From contig JACOYI010000006.1 in assembly GCA_016181935.1 (NCBI GenBank), positions 1 to 60,005 on the forward strand: DNA of 60,005 nucleotides, in the 5' to 3' direction. Each line of letters starts with the position of its first letter. The stretch's first letter is position 1. Positions 39,249 to 49,585 of the stretch are shown one piece after another. The position numbers and the translations under genes are program-made. Origin of the DNA: Candidatus Niyogibacteria bacterium. Lineage in GTDB: Bacteria > Patescibacteriota > Minisyncoccia > HO2-45-28. Under the pieces are notes generated by a model, which was given only the letters and a program-made list of their open reading frames with translations, was not told the DNA's origin and made no database searches.

Positions 39249-40365
39249 GTTCGAGTGCGAGCGCCATGATCTCTTTTGCAAGAACCGCCGCGGCATCGGG
39301 TCGCGCGAATGCGCGGGCCGCCGTGCGCATTTTTTCCTGCCTCTCGGGATCCTGAATGATCTTTCGGATCTCGGTCGCGAGCACCGACGGCGTCAGATTG
39401 GATTCTTCGATGACGAGCGAGGCGCCCGTGCGGGCATACGCATAGGCATTTTTCCGCTGATGGTCCCCAGCCGACTCCGGAAGCGGGATCAGGATCGCGG
39501 GCTTGCCCCATGCCGCAGCTTCAAAGATCGCGCCGGCCCCCGCTCGCGACACAATAACGGTCGCAACAAGCGCGGCATTCCGCAATTCCCCTTCATCGAG
39601 CGACCCGAAAAGGCGGTACCGTTCCCGGTATTCGTGCCCCTCGAGGACCGTAGCCGATTGTTTCGCCACGGTTTCGTAATTTGTATCCCCGCATTGGTGG
39701 ATGACGCGCGCATCGCTCACCAAATCCCTGAGGATCGCGAGGATCGCGTTATTGATGCGCTCCGACCCCTGCGACCCGCCGAGAACCAGAACCGTGGGCG
39801 CAAGCGTTGCGCCAAAAATCACGGCGGCTTCCTCCAGATTCCCGCCGATGATCTCCGACCGGATGGGATTGCCCACGAGCGCGGTTTTTTCTTTCGGGAA
39901 AAACTCCGCGGCCTCCGGAAATGCAATGGCGACCCTCTTTGCAAATCGCGCCGCCCACCGATTGACGCGTCCCGGAACGGTATCGGACTCATGCACAACG
40001 ACGGGAATGTTCAGGAGGCGCGCGGCAGAGAGGGCCGGAAAACTTGCATATCCCCCTTTCGCGAACACGACATCCGGAACCTCGATCAAGCTGCGCCATA
40101 TTGCCGAGAGCATCCCAACCGCCGTTTTTAAAAAATCCGTGATATTCAAAATCGAAAAATACCGGCGCATTTTCCCGGCAGGGATCCGGTGATACCGAAT
40201 GCCGATCTGCTGCAAAAGGTCGGCATTGAACGGATGATCGGACAAATACAAGAGATCCAACCGAGCAATACTCTCGGCTTCCGCGAGTTTTTTCAGGGCG
40301 CGCGCAACCGCCAAGATCGGATAGAAATGTCCGCCGGTTCCGCCGCCGGTCAATAAGATCTTCAT
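39238..40365 (-). CDS. murG: Lipid I GlcNAc transferase MurG
   Basis: GGGTGGH, KGGY, HESD, GNPIR, GGSQG, HQRKNA. Confidence 0.96.
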   Translation of the reverse strand: MKILLTGGGTGGHFYPILAVARALKKLAEAESIARLDLLYLSDHPFNADLLQQIGIRYHRIPAGKMRRYFSILNITDFLKTAVGMLSAIWRSLIEVPDVVFAKGGYASFPALSAARLLNIPVVVHESDTVPGRVNRWAARFAKRVAIAFPEAAEFFPKEKTALVGNPIRSEIIGGNLEEAAVIFGATLAPTVLVLGGSQGSERINNAILAILRDLVSDARVIHQCGDTNYETVAKQSATVLEGHEYRERYRLFGSLDEGELRNAALVATVIVSRAGAGAIFEAAAWGKPAILIPLPESAGDHQRKNAYAYARTGASLVIEESNLTPSVLATEIRKIIQDPERQEKMRTAARAFARPDAAAVLAKEIMALALEHAK

Positions 40366-41444
40366 GCTTGTTTTGAAATATTAAGAAGCAATCCAACGCC
40401 TGCGAGCGTTGCGACGAGCGATGATCCGCCGTGGCTGATGAACGGAAGCGTTATACCCGTTAACGGCAAAATTCCCACGAGCGCCCCCATATTGACGAAC
40501 GCCTGGATCGTAATCAGTATACCAATTCCCAAGCCGAGGAGTCGAGCAAAGGGGTCCTGCACGCTCTGCACCACGATGACCACGCGCCAAAAAAAGATCA
40601 AAAACAAAAGAACGAGCAACGAGGTGCCCGCGAGTCCGAATTCCTCGCCGATGACCGCAAAAATCGCATCTCCCATCGGCTCCGGCAAATACGAAAACTT
40701 CTGGGTGCTCTGGCCGAATCCCCGCCCCCAAATTCCGCCCGCTCCGAACGCGATCGCCGCCTGGCGCACCTGATATCCCGCGCCCTGTGGATCGAATGAG
40801 GAGTCAAAAAAAACCAGGATCCGGTCGAGCGCATATGGCCTCCACGCGACCGCAAGAACAAGAAAAATAGCCACCGCAAGCCCCGCGATACCGACGTGGC
40901 GCAATCGGCCGCCGCCGACGTAAAAAAGCGCGGTCCCCGTAAGAAGAATGACGCCGAGTGTCCCGATATCCGGTTGGCGGATGAAGAGCGCGCCCAAGGC
41001 ACCGATCATGCACAGAAGCGGGAAGGCGCCGAATTCGAATGAGCGCACCGCAGAACCGCGCGATGCGAGCCATGCGGCAAGATACAGAATGAACCCGATC
41101 TTCAAAAATTCGGCGGGCTGAAAAAAGAAAGAACCGATGGCGATCCACCGCTTGGCGCCCCCGGATTCAAATCCGACGTCGGGAATAAAAACGGCGAGTG
41201 TGACAAGGAATGTGATGCCGAAGATCCAGAACGCCGCCCGGCGCAGCCACGACATCGGAATGCGGTCCGCAATGAAAAGCCCTGCGATGCCGATGCCGAG
41301 CGCGAACAGAAATTGTCGGGTCAAAACGCCGACCGGCGTCCGGACGTCATCGGAAAGCCCGAGCGCTGAGGACGCCAATGCAAAAAATCCCGCGATAACG
41401 AGAATTGCCGAACATCCGATGAGCGCCCAATCGCGATTTTTCAT
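40362..41444 (-). CDS. ftsW: SEDS family peptidoglycan polymerase FtsW
   Basis: GAKRWI, QPAEFLK, QPDIG, LPEPMGD.IFA..GEEFG, PLTGITLPFISHGGSS; adjacent to murG. Confidence 0.88.
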   Translation of the reverse strand: MKNRDWALIGCSAILVIAGFFALASSALGLSDDVRTPVGVLTRQFLFALGIGIAGLFIADRIPMSWLRRAAFWIFGITFLVTLAVFIPDVGFESGGAKRWIAIGSFFFQPAEFLKIGFILYLAAWLASRGSAVRSFEFGAFPLLCMIGALGALFIRQPDIGTLGVILLTGTALFYVGGGRLRHVGIAGLAVAIFLVLAVAWRPYALDRILVFFDSSFDPQGAGYQVRQAAIAFGAGGIWGRGFGQSTQKFSYLPEPMGDAIFAVIGEEFGLAGTSLLVLLFLIFFWRVVIVVQSVQDPFARLLGLGIGILITIQAFVNMGALVGILPLTGITLPFISHGGSSLVATLAGVGLLLNISKQA

Positions 41445-43027
41445 GATCCCCCCCGGCGCAATGCGCGTCCGGAAAAATCGCGCGTTATCTCCCCCGCCGC
41501 GATCGCTGCTCGGCCGTTGATAAAAACCCATTCCATGCCCTCGGAAAACGTCCGCGCCTCGGCGTAATCGGCGCGGTCTTGGAGCATTTCGGGATCGAAA
41601 ACAATGATGTCCGCCGCCATACCGGCCCGAAGCCATCCCCGCCTGCGCAACCCCAAGATCGATGCCGGCAAGCCGGTCATTTTTTGGATCATATCTTTCC
41701 ACGCGACCGCCCGGCGTTCTTTGACGAAAAGTTTGATCGCGCGCGGGAATGCACCGAATGAGCGCGGATGCGGAAGATCGTTCGGACGGACGAGCGTCCC
41801 CTGCCCGACGCCATCGGATGCGATCGCCGCATAGGTCTGCAAAAGGGCTTCTGCCATTCCATCTTCGGAGATCGCTTCGTTAAATATAGCTACTTGTAAT
41901 TGATTCGTGCGCAACAGCTCGAGCATCACATCCTCCGGCGTGCGCTCGGATCTCAACGCAAGGTCCGCGATCGTATGGCCGACCGCGCCCACATCGTGCA
42001 CGGTGGATGCGATGACCATGCGGTCATAATGCAGTGTCAAGGAACGCAGCGCATCGGCGAGCGCGACGCGCGTTGCGGAATTTTCGAGGCGCGCCAGGAT
42101 CTCGGTACGCCCCCCTTCCATTGCCCATTCCGGCAGCAGCAAATACAAATTGGACCCCGTGCGCGTATAGGGAAATACATCCATGGTCACGGGGATGCCG
42201 CCGGATCGCGCATTCTCGATGACATCCAACGCCGCCGCGCCGAGCGGCCACGATTTACGGCCGATCGCCTTGAAATGGGAAATGTGGCCGACTGCTCCGG
42301 TTTCGCGAAGCGCCCCAACGATGCGCGACATAGCGGCAACGATCCCTGCGCCCTCATCAGCCAGATGATGGGCCGTGAGCGCCTTGGCGCGCTTGACCGA
42401 CGCGAATAACGCCTCCAATTCATCGTGCTCTGCAGACAACCCGAAACTCCGCCCCAAACCTGTTGATAATCCAAATGCGCCCGCATCGAGGGCGCGACGC
42501 AGGAGATCATTCATTGTTGCAATATCGTCCGCCGAGGCCGAATGCGTAATATCCACCCGAGCGGCTCGTCGCAGCGTCCCGTGGCCCACCAGCGTCGCCA
42601 CGTTCACCCCCAACGGCAGCGTATCCAATACATTCAAAAACTCATCCGTTTCCCGCCAATTGACATTGACCCGGGAAATGTCGGTCCATTTTTGAATTCC
42701 CTCGATATCCGATGCTTTTGCGAGCGGGACAAGCGACGTCCCGCAATTGCCGCCGACAATGGTCGTGATCCCCTGCGTTATCAGACTTTCCTGCCGCGGC
42801 TGATCGAACAATGTCCAGTGGGTATCGGAATGATTCGTGAGATCGATAAAGCCGGGCGCCACGTACCGGTTGGACGCATCGATCTCAAGGAGGCCGCTCG
42901 CATCACCGATGTTCCCGATGACACGGATCGTATCCTGATCAATACCGATATCCGCCTGCGCGGGGGCTAAACCCGCGCCATCGAACACCAAACCGTTTCG
43001 AATGATGACGCTGTATGAACGGGGCAT
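41441..43027 (-). CDS. Amidohydrolase, N-acyl-D-amino-acid deacylase-like
   Basis: APGFID..NHSD, GNCG, HISHFK, HPRSFGAFPR, ADIIVFDP. Confidence 0.88.
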   Translation of the reverse strand: MPRSYSVIIRNGLVFDGAGLAPAQADIGIDQDTIRVIGNIGDASGLLEIDASNRYVAPGFIDLTNHSDTHWTLFDQPRQESLITQGITTIVGGNCGTSLVPLAKASDIEGIQKWTDISRVNVNWRETDEFLNVLDTLPLGVNVATLVGHGTLRRAARVDITHSASADDIATMNDLLRRALDAGAFGLSTGLGRSFGLSAEHDELEALFASVKRAKALTAHHLADEGAGIVAAMSRIVGALRETGAVGHISHFKAIGRKSWPLGAAALDVIENARSGGIPVTMDVFPYTRTGSNLYLLLPEWAMEGGRTEILARLENSATRVALADALRSLTLHYDRMVIASTVHDVGAVGHTIADLALRSERTPEDVMLELLRTNQLQVAIFNEAISEDGMAEALLQTYAAIASDGVGQGTLVRPNDLPHPRSFGAFPRAIKLFVKERRAVAWKDMIQKMTGLPASILGLRRRGWLRAGMAADIIVFDPEMLQDRADYAEARTFSEGMEWVFINGRAAIAAGEITRDFSGRALRRGGS

Positions 43028-43229
43028 TTTCCCATTATAACGCGCCGGACGCTTTTCTTTTATTCGCAAGCGTAATTGGTGGCGCAGTGCGTGGGGTAGG
43101 CACTGGGGACAAAAATTTGGCCGGAACGGCCTTATAATGGGCGAGCACTGCGGCACAATTGCGCTTGCGTATCGAATGTTATTCACAAGCATCCTGCATC
43201 TTGAACGCAAGGTGCAGGATGCGCCTCAG

Positions 43230-43273
43230 CTCCACTAGAAGTAAGAAACCTTGGTTTCTTACTTCTAGTGGGG
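43230..43273. repeat. Long hairpin (19-bp perfect stem), next to a second hairpin at 43189-43222
   Basis: CCACTAGAAGTAAGAAACC-TT-GGTTTCTTACTTCTAGTGG. Confidence 0.8.
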
Positions 43274-43615
43274 TCAAAGCACGATAAAAAATAGAACGGC
43301 AAAAATGCCGGCTACTGCCGCGACCAATGGCGGATACGAGAACCACCGCCGCGGTCGGAACAAAAACTTCAGCATTTCAACCGACCCAACGGCACATCCG
43401 AACACGAAAACCAATTTCCATGACGGCAAACCTGCGATGGCGCTCGCAAGAAACCCGATCAGAAGCGCCTCCCCGTACCAATGAAATACGGCGCCCGCAA
43501 GAAGAACTCCCGCGAATACCACGGCGGGAGGCATGAACCACAATCCCGCAAGAAGCATGAGGTCGAACGCGAATCGCATCCCAAGCCGCCGCCAAAATAC
43601 GTTATTCGATGACAT
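43274..43615 (-). CDS. Small polytopic membrane protein at the mreD position (start could be 43579)
   Basis: Hydrophobic ~100 aa directly downstream of mreC. Confidence 0.55.
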   Translation of the reverse strand: MSSNNVFWRRLGMRFAFDLMLLAGLWFMPPAVVFAGVLLAGAVFHWYGEALLIGFLASAIAGLPSWKLVFVFGCAVGSVEMLKFLFRPRRWFSYPPLVAAVAGIFAVLFFIVL

Positions 43616-44348
43616 AGACAAAACGCAGAGTCCGTTCATTGACCGGCTGTCGAATGCGGGCTTCTTTGATCGCCGATGAGGTCTCGCCCGCGATCTCGGC
43701 AACGACGCCGATGATCTGCCGCCGGGAACCGACGCTGAATATGCGATCGCCGATCGTGACCGGAAAATCCCGCGGCAACCGGATCCGCAATTCGCGATTG
43801 CCCGCTCCAACGGCGGCTGCGACCGTTTCGGATCCTTCGAGCACCACGTCGGTTTCCCGGCCAAAACTCGTCGGGGAAACGACCCGGCTCGAATCCCAAA
43901 AAACATCCGATACCCACCCGATAAAAATTTCATCAACCGCAGACACGGCATTTTGCTTTCGCAAAAGCGCCGATGTCTCTCCGTCGATCGCTGATGCCTG
44001 CCGGTACGGCGCGACCACGCTCATTCCGGTGCGTATTCCATCCCGTTCCCCGCGGTCAATGATGATCTGGTCATACGGAATGGACGGAGGCCGAAAAATA
44101 ACGGCGGCTCGCTCCGGAAACGCAACCGCCGACTCATTGCCGGCCGGAGGCAGCGGAGATGCGCCCTCAGAGCGACCCCATACCCAGGAACTTCCAAAAG
44201 CGAGCGCGCCGGCCATATACCGGATCTTGGAAAATAGAAATGCGGCCGTTGGCCGCTCGACCGCGGGCCCAAAGAAAAATAGAGCGGTGGTGGCGATCGC
44301 TATGACACAAAAAAATCCGGCGAAGGAAAACGAGCGGCGCCGCATCAT
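43602..44348 (-). CDS. mreC: Rod shape-determining protein MreC
   Basis: TM anchor, IIIDRG..DGI..GM.V; follows mreB. Confidence 0.85.
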   Translation of the reverse strand: MMRRRSFSFAGFFCVIAIATTALFFFGPAVERPTAAFLFSKIRYMAGALAFGSSWVWGRSEGASPLPPAGNESAVAFPERAAVIFRPPSIPYDQIIIDRGERDGIRTGMSVVAPYRQASAIDGETSALLRKQNAVSAVDEIFIGWVSDVFWDSSRVVSPTSFGRETDVVLEGSETVAAAVGAGNRELRIRLPRDFPVTIGDRIFSVGSRRQIIGVVAEIAGETSSAIKEARIRQPVNERTLRFVYVIE

Positions 44349-45397
44349 TCCGGGGAGACCGCTTCCTCATGTTCGACCAGCATGCTCCGAAGATCATTGA
44401 TGTTTTCGACAATGATCCCGCAACCGCGCACAACCGCGGTCACCGGATCTTCCGCAATGCGCGTGGGAATTTTGATCTCCTGCTCGATCAGTGTCGCGAG
44501 ACCGCGCAGCTGCGCGCCGCCGCCGACCATCCAAACCCCCCGATGCACGACATCCGCCACGAGCTCCGGCGGCGTATCCTCCACGACATCTTTCACGCCC
44601 GCGATGATCGCGCGGATGGTCTTCGAGATCGCAACGCGGATGTCGCCGTCGGTCAGCCGGACTTCTCTAGGCAAACCCGTCACCAGATCCCGGCCGCGCA
44701 CGATGCTGTCGAACGCCTCATCGAGTTTTGCTGCGGCGCCGATGGAAATTTTCAGCTCTTCCGCCGTCTTTTCCCCCAGCAATAATTTATACTCGTCGCG
44801 CACATAGTTAACGATATCGCTATTCAGCCGGTCGCCCGCGAGCCGCAAATTAAGGCTCGATACGATGCCGCCGAGCGAGATCACCGCAATATCCGTTGTT
44901 CCGCCGCCGATATCCATGACCATGTTGCCGATGGGTTCTTCCACCGGCAAACGCAGGCCGATGGCCGCGGCCATCGGTTCCTCCACCAGATACGCTTCGG
45001 ATGCGCCGGCGTTTTTCGCGACATCCCGCACCGCCCGGCGCTCCACTTCCGTGATCCCCGACGGGATCCCGATCACAACGCGCGGCCGCGCAAAAAAGCC
45101 GGCCCGCGGGTGATGAACTTTTTTGATGAAATAGGCGAGCATTTCCTGCGTCACCTCAAAATCCGAGATGACCCCTTCCTGCAGCGGCCGGATGATCGAA
45201 ATATGAGGCGGGGTGCGCCCCATCATTTTTTTCGCCTCATTGCCGATGGCGACCACCTGTCCGGTTTTTTGATTGAGCGCGACAACGGACGGTTCGTTGA
45301 TCACGATCCCCGCCCCATGAACATAGACGAGGATATTCGCGGTCCCCAGATCGATCCCGGTATCGCGGGAGAATGCGCCGAATAGTTTACCGAGCAT
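44345..45397 (-). CDS. mreB: Rod shape-determining protein MreB
   Basis: GIDLGTAN, EPSVVA, EEPMAAAIG, DIGGGTT. Confidence 0.97.
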   Translation of the reverse strand: MLGKLFGAFSRDTGIDLGTANILVYVHGAGIVINEPSVVALNQKTGQVVAIGNEAKKMMGRTPPHISIIRPLQEGVISDFEVTQEMLAYFIKKVHHPRAGFFARPRVVIGIPSGITEVERRAVRDVAKNAGASEAYLVEEPMAAAIGLRLPVEEPIGNMVMDIGGGTTDIAVISLGGIVSSLNLRLAGDRLNSDIVNYVRDEYKLLLGEKTAEELKISIGAAAKLDEAFDSIVRGRDLVTGLPREVRLTDGDIRVAISKTIRAIIAGVKDVVEDTPPELVADVVHRGVWMVGGGAQLRGLATLIEQEIKIPTRIAEDPVTAVVRGCGIIVENINDLRSMLVEHEEAVSPE

Positions 45398-46628
45398 AAT
45401 ACCGTTGAACCGCAAGAACTGCTGCCTCAATGGATTGAAATGGAAATGGCTTTTCGTCTCTCATGGTCACTTCAACCATGTTCGCGGTTCTCGTTGATGC
45501 AATGATCCGCACCGGAATCCCGATGAGGTCCGCGTCCGTGAGCTTCTCGCCCGGCGTCGCATCATTGCGATCATCATACAAAACATCCACCCCCTGTTCT
45601 GCGAAATACTTGTACGCAGCGTCCGCTTGTTTCTCGCCCCCCGGTAATGCGATCAAATGAATCCGAAAGGGCGCCGCCTCTTTCGGCCAACGGATCCCGG
45701 CATCGTCATGATTCAATTCAACGATCGCACCCATCGCTCGCGAGGGGCCGATGCCATAGGAACCCATGACGACCAGTTGTTCCTTTCCGGCGGAATCCTT
45801 ATAAACCAAATTCGCTGCTTCCGAAAATTTCGTGCCCAGCCGGAAAATATTGCCGACTTCGATGCCGTTCGATTCTTTGATCTTCGCGCGCGCACATTTC
45901 GGGCACGTATCGAGCGCCGCAACGTTTGCGATCTCTTTATTCTGCGCAAAGTCGCATGCTTCGCAATAAAAAATCGTATCCTCCCCCGCCGGCACGAGCA
46001 CCTGAAATTCGTGGGTGTATTCTTTCGTAAAATCGCCTCCGGCCGCTTCGACGACCCGTACGGGAAGCTCGAGCCTCGAGAAAATTTTTTTATATGCGTC
46101 GGCAACCGTCCAATAAAAGCGCTCCAGGTCCTTTGCGTCCGCATGAAAGCTGTAAAGATCCTTCATCGTGAATTCCTTGCCGCGGATAAGGCCGAACCGC
46201 GCTCGCGGTTCGTCGCGGAATTTGGTCTGGATCTGATACAGCGCTGTCGGCAGGTCGCGGAACGACTGGATACGGCGCTTCAGGATCGGCGTAAGCACTT
46301 CCTCATGCGTGAATCCCAGACCGTATTCCTGACCGGACGAATCCGTGGATTTGTACAGGATCGGCACATTCCACCGGTCGGTCGCTTCCCAGTATTTTTT
46401 GGGGATCAGGGCGGGCAGGAGCAATTCCGAAGCGCCGATCGCGTTCATTTCCTCGCGGATCACGCGGTTGATCTTATCAAGCACCCTTAAACCCAGCGGT
46501 AAAAACGCGTGAATACCGGCTCCGATTTTTTCCACAAAACCGCCCCGGTGCAAAAATTTTGCGTTCGCGCTCTCCTCATCGCGCGGCCATTCTTTTTGCG
46601 TACGAATGAAAAATTGTGTGAATCGCAT
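45387..46628 (-). CDS. proS: Proline--tRNA ligase (no editing insertion)
   Basis: THEE, QIQTKFRDEPR.RFGL.R.KEF.MKD.YSF, GIEVGNIF.LG, MGSYGIG. Confidence 0.96.
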   Translation of the reverse strand: MRFTQFFIRTQKEWPRDEESANAKFLHRGGFVEKIGAGIHAFLPLGLRVLDKINRVIREEMNAIGASELLLPALIPKKYWEATDRWNVPILYKSTDSSGQEYGLGFTHEEVLTPILKRRIQSFRDLPTALYQIQTKFRDEPRARFGLIRGKEFTMKDLYSFHADAKDLERFYWTVADAYKKIFSRLELPVRVVEAAGGDFTKEYTHEFQVLVPAGEDTIFYCEACDFAQNKEIANVAALDTCPKCARAKIKESNGIEVGNIFRLGTKFSEAANLVYKDSAGKEQLVVMGSYGIGPSRAMGAIVELNHDDAGIRWPKEAAPFRIHLIALPGGEKQADAAYKYFAEQGVDVLYDDRNDATPGEKLTDADLIGIPVRIIASTRTANMVEVTMRDEKPFPFQSIEAAVLAVQRYYAR

Positions 46629-46633
46629 GCTCT

Positions 46634-46797
46634 TTCGCGCTCGCGCTTCATTTTTTCTCGACACGCTCGAACGCCCAGCAGGCATTCTCGCTCGGTCCTC
46701 GGCGTTTTGTTTTTTGGCTCGCTTCGCGCGATTTTAGCCAAAAAACATCATGCAAAACGCCTGCGGATGGTCTCGAAAAAAGAATCGCTCGCGCGAA
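46634..46797. other. Long nested inverted-repeat structure upstream of proS
   Basis: TTCGCGC/GCGCGAA outer, GGCGTTTTG/CAAAACGCC middle and TTTTTTGGCT/AGCCAAAAAA inner stems. Confidence 0.6.
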
Positions 46798-46833
46798 CGT
46801 TTTAAAAACCATAACGCCTTCTGCTCCACGCGC

Positions 46834-47940
46834 CTACAATCTCAGCCGAATGTCGTAATAGGTGATCACAACCATCAGCAGTATCAAAATAGCAAATCCC
46901 AGCCCGTTCGCAAAGCGCGTCGCTACGGCGCTTATGGCGCGCCCCCGGAGCTTTTCGATCGCGACAAAAAGCAGGCGTCCGCCGTCGAGCCCCGGAAACG
47001 GGATCAAATTCACGATCGCGAGATTCACGGAAAGCGTCGCGACGAGCGTCACGAAATAGGAAGCGCCGAAATCCAGCGTATTCGCGACGATCGAGAAAAT
47101 TCCCACGGGCCCCGAGATCATTCCGCCGACCGAAACGCCGGAGATCGCGCCCGCGATGAGCGCCGCGATCCCCCAGAGCGTCCCCATAAAAACGAAAGCC
47201 GTCATCCGGAGCGCATACCACGGGATCCCCCACCACGGCACATCCACGCGTCCGATGGCTTCCATCGCAATTCCCAGGATCCCTTTTTGCGGCGATGCGG
47301 AATCGGGAAGCACCGCACCAAGCACGATCTCCTGTTCATCGCGGAATACGGTCACCGAAATGTTCTTACCGCGATGCTCCTGCACGAATTTTTGCACGGT
47401 ATCGACGGAAATATCGCGGAGCGTCTCTCTTCCATTTTCGGCGCCCAAACCGATGATCGCGTCGCCTAACTGGATGCCTGCGCGTTCGGCCGCCGACTCC
47501 GGAGCGACATCGATGGCAACGACGCGGAGATCCGCAATGTGCCCCGCCCAGACATCATCATCGCCGGCGACCGGAACACCGATGCCGAGCGCCGCCGCGA
47601 ATAAAATATATGCAAGAATGAGATTGAATCCGATGCCGGCGGCCAAGATCATCGCGCGCGCCCCGATCGATTTTGATGCAAAATTTTTCGGATCCGGCAC
47701 CTCTCCTGGTTGTACCGGAGCGCTGTCTTCTCCGGTGATCTTCACAAAACCGCCGAGCGGCAGCGCATTGAATGAATACAGTGTCCCGCCTCGGCGTACG
47801 CCGCCGAGGCGCGGCGGGAATCCGAATCCGAATTCCTCCACATTCACGCCGAATTTACGCGCAAATAAAAAATGCCCGAACTCATGCGCCAGCACGAGCA
47901 GGGCGAGGACACCCAAAAAAATCGCTAGATCCGCGATCAT
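46834..47940 (-). CDS. rseP: RIP metalloprotease RseP (M50, PDZ)
   Basis: HEFGH, PLGGFV, NLIPFPGLDGG. Confidence 0.93.
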   Translation of the reverse strand: MIADLAIFLGVLALLVLAHEFGHFLFARKFGVNVEEFGFGFPPRLGGVRRGGTLYSFNALPLGGFVKITGEDSAPVQPGEVPDPKNFASKSIGARAMILAAGIGFNLILAYILFAAALGIGVPVAGDDDVWAGHIADLRVVAIDVAPESAAERAGIQLGDAIIGLGAENGRETLRDISVDTVQKFVQEHRGKNISVTVFRDEQEIVLGAVLPDSASPQKGILGIAMEAIGRVDVPWWGIPWYALRMTAFVFMGTLWGIAALIAGAISGVSVGGMISGPVGIFSIVANTLDFGASYFVTLVATLSVNLAIVNLIPFPGLDGGRLLFVAIEKLRGRAISAVATRFANGLGFAILILLMVVITYYDIRLRL

Positions 47941-47961
47941 AATCCAGTATATCAAAAGACC

Positions 47962-48008
47962 GCCCAAAGGGTAGTCCTTAGGAATCAGAAAAGGACTACC
48001 CTTTGGGC
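47962..48008. repeat. Family A palindrome (opposite orientation), just after rpsP
   Basis: GCCCAAAGGGTAGTCCTT-AGGAATCAGAA-AAGGACTACCCTTTGGGC. Confidence 0.9.
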
Positions 48009-48011
48009 TGG

Positions 48012-48335
48012 TTAAACAGCCGCCGGTGTTGCGGCCTCTGCCGGCTTTTGCGTTTCCGCCGCCTTTTTCGAGGACCGCGAAACGTGAACCTTGGAGCCCG
48101 AAATGATGGTTTTTGAAACCAAAAGATTATGGACGGTTCCCGATGGCTGTACCCCTTTCGAAAGCCAATACCGGATCCGCTCCGCTTTCAGATCGGCCAT
48201 TTTTGTGCGCGGATTGTACGATCCGACACGCTCAATGAAGCGGCCGGCTTTTGCCGCCCGTTCTTTTTCCGTGACAATGACCCGGAAACTTGGGTCGTTT
48301 TTTCGCCCCACGCGCTGAAGCCGCATCACTAACAT
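48012..48335 (-). CDS. rpsP: 30S ribosomal protein S16
   Basis: MRLQRVGRKN.P.FR, G.YNP, YWLSKGVQPS.TV. Confidence 0.96.
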   Translation of the reverse strand: MLVMRLQRVGRKNDPSFRVIVTEKERAAKAGRFIERVGSYNPRTKMADLKAERIRYWLSKGVQPSGTVHNLLVSKTIISGSKVHVSRSSKKAAETQKPAEAATPAAV

Positions 48336-48350
48336 AGAGTCCCAGTATAT

Positions 48351-48384
48351 AAAAAATCCCCGCCTCGGTCAACCGAGACGGGGA
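48351..48384 (-). terminator. Intrinsic terminator
   Basis: Minus strand TCCCGTCTCGG..CCGAGGCGGGGA-TTTTTT after the ORF ending at 48394. Confidence 0.65.
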
Positions 48385-48393
48385 ACATCGAAC

Positions 48394-49428
48394 CTACCGA
48401 CGATAGCGCATAGCGCTCGACGTCAACGGACCTGAGGTGCTTCTACACGCCTCCTCCACGAAATCCTTGATTTGGTTAAGAGGCAGCCGCGTCGCCGATT
48501 TCGGCGTTCCCTTGTTCAGCAGGAGGTAGCCGGAAAGCTCCCAGTTCGGGATCTGCTGCACAACGCCTTCCTGCCTCAATTCCGAGGCGTTGTGCGGCAC
48601 CTGCGTCCGGCCGTCATGCCACGCGAGATACTCCGCCCTGCGAACACGCTCTGCGATCGCGGGCATCGCATGCGCCCACTCGCGCGCTGCGCCAATCTGC
48701 ACATGTCCCGCATCCGTCTGCTGGATCGTGAGCCCGAACCCTTTTTCCGCGCGCAGAAGCCGCGCAATGTTCGGGTTGCTGTTCTTGCGGATCACGGCAA
48801 TGGAAACCGCGGAGCACGCGATCTGCTCCATCTCGATTCCGGCGTCGAGCTGCCGCTTCGCCTCTTCCCACTGCTCCCGCCGATCCTGCTCATCGTCGTA
48901 GACGCCGTCGAGCAATTCGAACACCAGCGAGACAAATGAAAGCGGGTCGTCGTGATAGCGCCTTTGCTGAATGAACATGAGCTTGGAGAAATAGATCCAG
49001 CGGCGCGGCAAACGCCTGGTGCGCCGCCGTTCGGACATGTCTTCGATTTCGTCGAGGATAAATCCGAAACGCGGATCGTTGCGGATGTCGAGCTCGAGAA
49101 TCGCTTCGGTAGCCGCTGCTGCTGACGGCATTTTGAATCGCCAGTCATATCGCGCGGGCGCATTGCCCCCGATGACAACCGGGATCTCGTCGTAATTTTC
49201 GTAGTCGAGCTCGCTCTTCACACAGGCGACCCACGCCAGCATCGCCAGTTCGAGCGTCGGGTGCTCCGGAAGCGCGATCACAGAAGACAAGGGTTCTTCG
49301 TCGTCCTCTTCTGAAGGGATGCCGTCGGACCCTTCCTCGATGACATCGATTTCTTCGTCGTCGTCCGAACTCATCGGCGGCAACAGACCCTGAGGACCCA
49401 GCGCCAAAAGATCGAATATCTTACCCAT
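48394..49428 (-). CDS. Hypothetical protein with acidic N-terminus
   Basis: 344-aa ORF, GAGGGAG SD-like site, own terminator. Confidence 0.7.
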   Translation of the reverse strand: MGKIFDLLALGPQGLLPPMSSDDDEEIDVIEEGSDGIPSEEDDEEPLSSVIALPEHPTLELAMLAWVACVKSELDYENYDEIPVVIGGNAPARYDWRFKMPSAAAATEAILELDIRNDPRFGFILDEIEDMSERRRTRRLPRRWIYFSKLMFIQQRRYHDDPLSFVSLVFELLDGVYDDEQDRREQWEEAKRQLDAGIEMEQIACSAVSIAVIRKNSNPNIARLLRAEKGFGLTIQQTDAGHVQIGAAREWAHAMPAIAERVRRAEYLAWHDGRTQVPHNASELRQEGVVQQIPNWELSGYLLLNKGTPKSATRLPLNQIKDFVEEACRSTSGPLTSSAMRYRR

Positions 49429-49518
49429 GGGAATACTCCCTCGCAAAGCAGTTGGCAAAGTACAAAAAAGCGTAACGTGTACGCTACAATAGTATAGCAC
49501 TAGTGTCTTTGAAAGTCA

Positions 49519-49585
49519 ACCCCGTAGTAGAAAGCGGCACAGCGCGTGGCGCGCGCATGCCGGACGCCGCTTTTCACTACGGGGT
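49519..49585. repeat. CCCCG...CGGGG hairpin element after smc
   Basis: ACCCCGTAGTAGAAAGCGGC...GCCGCTTTTCACTACGGGGT. Confidence 0.65.
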
